Source: an uncultured Spirochaetota bacterium
GTDB lineage: Bacteria; Spirochaetota; Spirochaetia; SZUA-6; Fen-1364
Reading direction: 5' to 3'
Length of the DNA stretch: 64,000 bases
NCBI GenBank assembly: GCA_963845535.1
Contig: CAWJSK010000021.1
Coordinates: forward strand, 86,665 to 150,664
Shown here: one piece after another, positions 57,888 to 64,000 of the stretch
Layout: each line of letters begins with the position of its first letter
How positions within the stretch are numbered: the first letter of the stretch is position 1
Notes under the pieces: model-generated
Told to the model about the DNA's origin: nothing
The model's input: only the letters and a program-made list of their open reading frames with translations
Database searches by the model: none
Made by a program: the position numbers and the translations under genes

Positions 57888-57909
57888 GGTGTTCCCTTTC
57901 CTTCATGCT

Positions 57910-59775
57910 TCAAAACTTCCGAGCCGACTCTACTTCCTTGCTCATCTGCTTTGCCGCTTCCACAACCTTGGGGTTCTCAGATATCTGCGCCGTGCCCACG
58001 CGCCACCATGACTCGTAGTCGTGCGTCATGGACTTCTGCGTGACCTTCACGTCGATCACGGTGGAGACGTTGCCCGCCAGGGCGCTCTTCACCGCCTCAC
58101 GAAACTCCGCCAACGTCTTCGGGGAGTATCCGCGTGCCCCGTAGCTTTCTCCGTTCTTGGCGAAGTCCAGCGGCATGAGGCCACCGGTGAGCCTGCTGGT
58201 CTTCTGGTCCCGGAAGCGAAGATCGTTTCCGAACTTCTCGATTCCCTGGCTTGTCTGCAGGTTGTCGATGCACTGGTAGCCGGCGTTGTCGAAGACAACG
58301 ATGTGGATCTTGATCCCCTCCTGGATGGCCGTCAGAAGCTCAGAGTGCAGCATCACGTACGAGCCGTCCCCCACCAGAGCAAACACCTCCCTGTGGGGAG
58401 CCGCCATTCGCGCTCCCAGGGCGGCTGCAATCTCATATCCCATGCAGGAGAAGCCGTATTCCAGGTGATAGGACTCCGGTGTGCGGGTGCGCCAGATGCG
58501 CTGAAGGTCGCCCGGCAGGCTCCCCGAAGCGCCGACCACGATTGCGTTTTTGGGCAGAAGGCTCTCGTTCAACTCTCCCATGAGCCGGACCTGGGAAAGA
58601 CCGTGCGGATCGTCTTCCGTGTACAGCCTGTCCCATTCCTTTCTCCATTCCGCGCGGGCCTTCTCCACTTCCCCTTTGTAGCCTGATTTCCACCCCGCTG
58701 ATTTCAGCGCCGCGCTGAGCGCTTTCAAGCTTTCCCGCGCGTCCGCCACCACTGTAGCGGAGTTCATCTTGGCCGCGTCAAATGAGCTCACGTTGATGGA
58801 CAACACTGCGGCGTCGGGATTTTTGAACAGGTTCCGCGAACAGGTGGTAAAATCCCCAAGCCGGGTGCCCACGGCAATCACGAGGTCGGCGTGTTGTGCA
58901 ATACGGTTTGCGGCCAGCCCCCCCGTGACCCCCATTCCCCCGAGGTTGTATGGGTCGTCCCACGAAATGACGCCCTTGCCGGCCTGCGTCTCACCGAAGG
59001 GGACCCCGAAGGCGGCGCAGAACTCTTTCAGCTCCTTGCCCGCTTCCGAATAGCGCACGCCGCCCCCGCAGATGAGAATGGGCTTGGAGCGGGACTTGAT
59101 GAGCGCCACCGCCCGTTCGATCTGCCCCTCTGTCGGCAGGCGCCGTTCCACGTGGTGCACGCGCTTTTGCAGGAACTCCGCCGGATAGTCGTACGGCTCG
59201 CCCTGTACGTCTTGCGGAAGCGCAAGGGTAACGGGGCCCGTTTCCGCCGGATCCGTCAGGACCCGCATCGCGCTGATGCATGCCGCCATGAGCTGCTCGG
59301 GCCTGTTGATCCTGTCCCAGTACCGCGATACCGCGCGGAATGCATCGTTTGCCGTCGCCGTGTAGTCGTCCCACTGCTCGACCTGCTGCAGAACAGGGTC
59401 CGGCTGGCGGCAGGCAAACGCATCGCCTGGCAGCAGGAGCACGGGGATGCGATTGGCCATGGCAACCCCTGCGGCGGTCACCATGTTGAGGGCACCGGGG
59501 CCGATGGAGCTTGTCACGGCAAAGATCTGCTTCCTGTTCATCTGCTTGGCGTAGCCCACGGCCATATGCGCCGCGCCCTGCTCGTTGTGCCCCTGGAAAT
59601 ACGTCAGGCCGTGGCCGCCCTGGGCAAGCGCCTCCCCCAGGCCCACCACGTTGCCGTGCCCGAAAATCCCCGCCACGCCCTTCACGAACTTCCCCTCGAC
59701 GCCGTCAAACTCAACATACTGGGCGTCGAGGAAGCGCAGGAGCGCCTGCGCCATCGTCAGCCTGACCGTTTTCAC
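57910..59775 (-). CDS. iolD: 3D-(3,5/4)-trihydroxycyclohexane-1,2-dione acylhydrolase (TPP-dependent)
   Basis: GGAGG plus GTG; RLTMAQAL, IFGHGNV, GHNEQG, PDPVLQQ, EYGFSCMGYE, GDGSY, ESWWRVG. Confidence 0.95.
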   Translation of the reverse strand: MKTVRLTMAQALLRFLDAQYVEFDGVEGKFVKGVAGIFGHGNVVGLGEALAQGGHGLTYFQGHNEQGAAHMAVGYAKQMNRKQIFAVTSSIGPGALNMVTAAGVAMANRIPVLLLPGDAFACRQPDPVLQQVEQWDDYTATANDAFRAVSRYWDRINRPEQLMAACISAMRVLTDPAETGPVTLALPQDVQGEPYDYPAEFLQKRVHHVERRLPTEGQIERAVALIKSRSKPILICGGGVRYSEAGKELKEFCAAFGVPFGETQAGKGVISWDDPYNLGGMGVTGGLAANRIAQHADLVIAVGTRLGDFTTCSRNLFKNPDAAVLSINVSSFDAAKMNSATVVADARESLKALSAALKSAGWKSGYKGEVEKARAEWRKEWDRLYTEDDPHGLSQVRLMGELNESLLPKNAIVVGASGSLPGDLQRIWRTRTPESYHLEYGFSCMGYEIAAALGARMAAPHREVFALVGDGSYVMLHSELLTAIQEGIKIHIVVFDNAGYQCIDNLQTSQGIEKFGNDLRFRDQKTSRLTGGLMPLDFAKNGESYGARGYSPKTLAEFREAVKSALAGNVSTVIDVKVTQKSMTHDYESWWRVGTAQISENPKVVEAAKQMSKEVESARKF

Positions 59776-59788
59776 GATGCTCCTCCCG

Positions 59789-60793
59789 TCAGTCATCGAC
59801 CTCGGTCAACTTCACCGGGCGCCCTTCGGCAACGGACTTCTTTGCCGCAAAACCCATGAGGAGCGGCTTGAGGCCGTCAATGTCGCCCACGGGGCAGGGC
59901 TTCCTGTCGATCACCGTGTCGAAGAATGAGTTCATCTCATCGAGGAAAGCCTGGTGATACCGCTCCAGGAAGAAGTACAACGGCTTGTCCCCCGCCACTC
60001 CCGTTTCATTGGAGAGGACCACGGAGGTGGGCGTGTCGTTGGAGCAGGAAAGCGCCCCCTTGGAGCCAAACACTTCCACGCGCTGGTCATACCCGTAGGT
60101 GGCCTTGCGGGAGTTGTCGATCACGCCAATGCAGCCGTTCTGGAACGTGATGGTGACCACCGCCGTGTCCACATCGCCTGCCTTCCCAATTGCCGGATCC
60201 ACCAGGACCGCGCCCTTGGCATAGACCTCCACGGCATCCGAGCCGGCAAGGTAACGCGCCATGTCGAAGTCATGGATCGTCATGTCCAGGAAGATGCCTC
60301 CGGAAACCTTCACGTACTCCGCGGGAGGAGGAGCAGGGTCGCGCGAGGTGATGCGCAGGATGTGCGGGTCGCCGATGGCGCCCTGGTTGACCAGGTCACG
60401 GACGCGGCGGAAATTGTGGTCGAACCTCCGGTTGAACCCCACTTGGAGGGTGATCCCGGCTTTCTTTGCTGCGGCCAACGCCTTCTTCACTTTGGCAACG
60501 GTGAGGTCCACGGGCTTCTCACAGAAAACGTGCTTGCCCTTCTCCGCCGCGGCAATCACCATGTCCGCGTGCGTGTCGGTGGAGCTGCACACAAGGACTG
60601 CCTTGATCTCGGGGTCGGACAGAATGTCGCGCGCATCCGCGCTCACTTCTGCTCCAATCCCCTTTGCCCAGTCGCGGACCTTGTCAGGCGCAACGTCCGC
60701 AATCCGCGCAATCTGCACGCGCGGGATATGATGGCTGATGTTCTCCGCGTGGATCCTGCCGATCCTGCCGGCACCAATGATTCCAATCTTCAC
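59789..60793 (-). CDS. iolG: Inositol 2-dehydrogenase (Gfo/Idh/MocA)
   Basis: GAGRIG, CEKP, GFNRRFD, SRDP.PP, SGGIFLDMTIHDFD, YGYDQRVEVFG, FFLERY. Confidence 0.88.
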   Translation of the reverse strand: MKIGIIGAGRIGRIHAENISHHIPRVQIARIADVAPDKVRDWAKGIGAEVSADARDILSDPEIKAVLVCSSTDTHADMVIAAAEKGKHVFCEKPVDLTVAKVKKALAAAKKAGITLQVGFNRRFDHNFRRVRDLVNQGAIGDPHILRITSRDPAPPPAEYVKVSGGIFLDMTIHDFDMARYLAGSDAVEVYAKGAVLVDPAIGKAGDVDTAVVTITFQNGCIGVIDNSRKATYGYDQRVEVFGSKGALSCSNDTPTSVVLSNETGVAGDKPLYFFLERYHQAFLDEMNSFFDTVIDRKPCPVGDIDGLKPLLMGFAAKKSVAEGRPVKLTEVDD

Positions 60794-60809
60794 GTATTCC
60801 TCCTTGTCT

Positions 60810-61826
60810 TCACGTCAATCGCACCAGCTCGTCCTTTCGGAACGACTGGGTTGCGGCAAAGGCCACCTTGGTCGCCATGACTCCGTCATGCACCGTGACC
60901 GTGGGCTTGCGTCCTTCCCTGATGCAGTCCACGAACTCCTGCGTCTCGGCAAGGTATGCGGCTCCGAAACGCTCCAGGAAGTTCTGGGAGCACTCCCGCA
61001 CCAACCCGCGGTCATCCAGGAGCTCCACCATGTCCTTCTGCGGCACCTGGGCAATTCGAAGAGTGGCCTTTGTGCCGATGATCTCTGTTTCCACCGCGTA
61101 GCCGTGGGCCGCGGTGCGGCCGGCAAGGAGGAAAGCCATGGCGTCGTTGTCGAAACGGAGAAATGCCGCCAGATTGTCCCCGTCCCCGTACTTCCCGAAC
61201 TCAGGGTGTGCGTAGCAACCCCCGGCGGCAAACACCGAGGTTGCCTCCGCGCCCAGCATCCATCGGGCAAGGTCGATGTCATGCACTGCCATGTCAATGA
61301 ACTGGCCGCCTGAGCTCGGGGCAAAGCGGATGGCCCCCTCGATGGCGGACTCGGGATCCACCGAATACCCGCGGAAAAGGATAGGCCGCCCAATGTAGCC
61401 GTCCTCGATCAGCTTCCTGGCCCTGGCGTAAGAAGCATCGTAGCGGCGCATGAACCCGAGCATGAACACCTTCTCAGGATGCTTTTCCACCGCGGCCTCC
61501 GCCTGCAGGCACTCCGCCAGCGTGACCCCCAGGGGTTTCTCGCTGAAGACGTGGAAGCCCGCGTCCAGTGCCTGACGGATCTGGCCGCAGTGCTCGCCGG
61601 AGCTTGAGGCAATGAAGATTGCATTCAGCCCGTCATTCTTCAGCATGTCCTCGAACTGGCCATACCCGTGGGGCACTCCCCACGCCTCCTGGGCGTGGCG
61701 GATACGGTCAGGCTCAAGCGCGCAGACCGCCACAAGCTCGGCCCCTGCCGTGCGAACGGCGATATTCTCCGCGTGCCTGATCCCCAGCCGTCCCAGGCCG
61801 ACGATCCCGATCTTCACCTTGTCCAT
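60810..61826 (-). CDS. Gfo/Idh/MocA oxidoreductase, inositol dehydrogenase-like
   Basis: GLGRLG, SEKP, GFMRRYD, SGGQFIDMAVHDID, HGYAVETE, FLERF. Confidence 0.85.
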   Translation of the reverse strand: MDKVKIGIVGLGRLGIRHAENIAVRTAGAELVAVCALEPDRIRHAQEAWGVPHGYGQFEDMLKNDGLNAIFIASSSGEHCGQIRQALDAGFHVFSEKPLGVTLAECLQAEAAVEKHPEKVFMLGFMRRYDASYARARKLIEDGYIGRPILFRGYSVDPESAIEGAIRFAPSSGGQFIDMAVHDIDLARWMLGAEATSVFAAGGCYAHPEFGKYGDGDNLAAFLRFDNDAMAFLLAGRTAAHGYAVETEIIGTKATLRIAQVPQKDMVELLDDRGLVRECSQNFLERFGAAYLAETQEFVDCIREGRKPTVTVHDGVMATKVAFAATQSFRKDELVRLT

Positions 61827-61857
61827 GGACACCTCGTATCGATAGGTCCCGGCCCGC

Positions 61858-62925
61858 TTAGGACGCGCCGGTTGTCTCACGCACCACGAGCTTCGGCGTC
61901 AGGAGCGTGCGTCGAGCGTCCCTCGAACCAACCCCCGCCCTGAGCGTGCGGATGATCTCCAGGAGCCTCTCACACGTCACAAGAGAAAGCTCCTCGCGGG
62001 GCTGGTGGATGGTCGTAAGAGACGGACGGATGCACGCCGCCAGGTCCGTATCGTCATAGCCAATCAACGCCAGGTCATCAGGGACGCGCAATCCGAGCTT
62101 GCCTGCCGCCAGGAGCGCGCCAATGGCCATGAGATCGTTGAGGGCCAGGATGGCGTCATAGGAGCGGAGCCGCCCGGCTGCTCCCATCACGGCGTCGTAG
62201 CCGGACTCCATGGTCTGGTTGCCGTACAGCAGGTCATCCGCGCCAAGGGTGATGCCGAGCTCCCACAGCCCCCGGCGGGCGCCGGCGAGCCGCAGCACGA
62301 ACTCGCGCTCGGTCACCTTTTCTCCGGGGGTTGTTATGCAGAGGATGCGCTTCTTGCCGATGGAGCCCAGGTACTGTCCCGCGATGTACCCGCCGTATTC
62401 GTTATCGGGATAGATGATGTCAACGTCGGGAGGACAGGGATCCGGGGGCGGGTAATGGGAAAAAACAAAAGGCATTTCCTTGGCGTGGAGATAGTCGATC
62501 AACTCCTGCTCGAACAAAGGCTGCACGATGATCAGCCCGTCCACCTTCTTTCGGGCAACGAGCTTCCTGACGTTGTTGCCGCCCGTGAAGTGGTTGTTGA
62601 GGAAGCTGACGAGCAAGTCGATGTCATTGCACTCCAGGACGCTGCGGAGCGAGCTGTGCAACGTACCATGGTAGAGGTTCACCCCCAGCTGGTCGTAGTC
62701 GGGGGGAAGGATGATCCCGATGGTTCCGACCCGCCTCGTGATCAGGCTGCGTGCGTGCGTATTGAAGTCGAAGCCAAGCTGGTCCGCGATTTCGCGGATT
62801 CTCTTTCGAGTCTTTTCAGGGATCAGGGAGGAGTCGTTCAAGCTCCTGGAAACGGTTGCCATGCTGACGCCTGCAGCCTTTGCCACGTCCCTGAGCGTGA
62901 TTTCTTTGCAAACGTTTGCACTCAT
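61858..62925 (-). CDS. LacI-family transcriptional regulator
   Basis: ITLRDVAKAAGVSMATVSRSLN, NDLMAIG, GYDD, PSLTTIHQP. Confidence 0.93.
   Translation of the reverse strand: MSANVCKEITLRDVAKAAGVSMATVSRSLNDSSLIPEKTRKRIREIADQLGFDFNTHARSLITRRVGTIGIILPPDYDQLGVNLYHGTLHSSLRSVLECNDIDLLVSFLNNHFTGGNNVRKLVARKKVDGLIIVQPLFEQELIDYLHAKEMPFVFSHYPPPDPCPPDVDIIYPDNEYGGYIAGQYLGSIGKKRILCITTPGEKVTEREFVLRLAGARRGLWELGITLGADDLLYGNQTMESGYDAVMGAAGRLRSYDAILALNDLMAIGALLAAGKLGLRVPDDLALIGYDDTDLAACIRPSLTTIHQPREELSLVTCERLLEIIRTLRAGVGSRDARRTLLTPKLVVRETTGAS
62907..62920. promoter_or_regulatory. LacI-type operator inside the first codons of lacI
   Basis: Perfect palindrome TGCAAACGTTTGCA overlapping codons 2-7 (SANVCK); TTGACA at 62957-62962 on the minus strand. 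Confidence 0.7.
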
Positions 62926-63065
62926 TCACGTATGCACTACGGCATTTGCCAGCGTTTGTCAAGGTTCGATCCGAGGCTCGATCCGAGCGGCGTCGATCCG
63001 GGCGGACGACCAAGCCCTCAAACCGGATCACATGATGGCTTGGCCGGTCCGCCGCCCGGAGTTCG

Positions 63066-63443
63066 TCACTTTCGTACTTCCACGGGCATCGGGAACATTT
63101 CCTGGATCTCAGAGTCCGCCAGGAATGACGGCCCCACGATCTTCAGGTGAATCTCCATGAATTGCCGGCCAAGCTCGATAGCTTCTTCACGGGACCCCAC
63201 CTCGATTATCGCATAGCCGCCGACCTGCTCCTTCGCTTCGGCAAAAGGACCATCCGTCACGGTCAGCTTGCCGCCCGAGGCCCTGACCCGGGTGACCTTG
63301 GCACTGGAAGCCATCCCCCCGGTCTGAACAAGCCTTCCAGACTTTGCGATCTCCTCCGTAAACGTGCCGATCGCGCGCATAAGCTCATCGCTCGGCTGGA
63401 ACGCCTTGTCAGCGTCCATGAGCATCTTCATCATGAACTGCAT
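63066..63443 (-). CDS. YCII-related (DGPF motif) protein
   Basis: GGAGG RBS; VTDGPFAEAKEQVGGYAIIEVGSREEAIE. Confidence 0.85.
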   Translation of the reverse strand: MQFMMKMLMDADKAFQPSDELMRAIGTFTEEIAKSGRLVQTGGMASSAKVTRVRASGGKLTVTDGPFAEAKEQVGGYAIIEVGSREEAIELGRQFMEIHLKIVGPSFLADSEIQEMFPMPVEVRK

Positions 63444-63619
63444 ATCTGTACCTCCTGCACGTCAGTCAGTCGTGCGGCGAGCCTTGAAATCGACACCGCA
63501 GAAATGAACTTATCAACACTGAGGTGAGGATGTAAAATGGCGACAGCCACGGAGGCGATGTGAAAGAACGAATAGCGGCAGACGTCACGCTTGCGTTCCT
63601 TGTCGCGAATCGTTGATGT

Positions 63620-63712
63620 CTCGAGAACCACATCAACTACTTCCACCATGACGGCAAGCCACTGGAGCGACTGCTCGCTAAGGGACTCATGGCGTATCTC
63701 AACTCTACCCTG
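63620..63712 (+). pseudogene. Possible remnant of an N6-adenine DNA methyltransferase (BsuBI/PstI/Eco57I-like C-terminal region)
   Basis: My translation LENHINYFHHDGKPLERLLAKGLMAYLNSTL resembles the ENHLNxFH...GLxxYLNST segment of such MTases; in-frame stop just upstream and no start codon. Confidence 0.5.
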
Positions 63713-63726
63713 TACAATAGCGTGTC

Positions 63727-64000
63727 ATGCCAAGGAAACGAAAAAAGACCCTGCCGCCTCTTAAACTTGGGCGGGAGACTACCGGCCAGAGACTTTCCCG
63801 CCTCCGAAAGGAGCGCGGCTTAACCCAGAAGGAACTGGCAGAAAAGATCGGAGTGGGACCCACAATCATCTCCGACTACGAGACCGGCCGACTAATGTTT
63901 AACGGAGAAATGGTGGCGCGCTTAGCCATTGCTCTCAGCGTCAGCGCTGACACCATCCTGGGGTTGAAACAAACAACAACACAAACTGAGGCTACCCCTA
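63727..64000 (+). CDS. XRE-family HTH transcriptional regulator (runs off window end)
   Basis: MPRKRKKTLPPLKLGRETTGQRLSRLRKERGLTQKELAEKIGVGPTIISDYETGR...LAIALSVSADTILG; TACAAT 8 nt upstream of ATG. Confidence 0.85.
   Translation, partial: MPRKRKKTLPPLKLGRETTGQRLSRLRKERGLTQKELAEKIGVGPTIISDYETGRLMFNGEMVARLAIALSVSADTILGLKQTTTQTEATP

Overview
High-GC bacterial chromosomal segment, probably a diderm (TolC, ADP-heptose enzyme); it resembles a free-living Spirochaetia-type genome, but this is a weak impression only. No rRNA, tRNA, CRISPR array or intact mobile element was seen. From left to right: a polyol ABC importer; an ABC exporter, aldo-keto reductase, DinB-like and HldC-like genes; an alpha-xylosidase (yicI) locus with ABC importer and LacI regulator; an FTR1 iron permease; a liv-type ABC importer; an ECF sigma with a zinc anti-sigma/CBM48 partner; a MarR-EmrB-EmrA-MFP-TolC efflux operon; a TetR/C45 hydrolase/SET-domain unit; cyoE coupled to an uncharacterised CinA/NadD-like protein; then a ~26 kb inositol catabolic island (37.2-62.9 kb); finally a DNA-methyltransferase remnant and an XRE gene. 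The most notable system is the inositol island. It has iolG-family x3, iolE, iolD, iolB, iolA, iolH-like, iolI-like, two ABC importers and three LacI regulators, but no iolC kinase and no iolJ aldolase. Instead it carries two paralogous transaldolase-family enzymes with non-canonical active sites and two UroD/MtaA-fold proteins. This suggests a kinase-independent cleavage of 5-dehydro-2-deoxygluconate and possibly processing of modified (e.g. O-methylated) inositols. About eight single-base frameshifts in otherwise intact genes look like assembly indels, and one of them creates an apparent UroD-transaldolase fusion.
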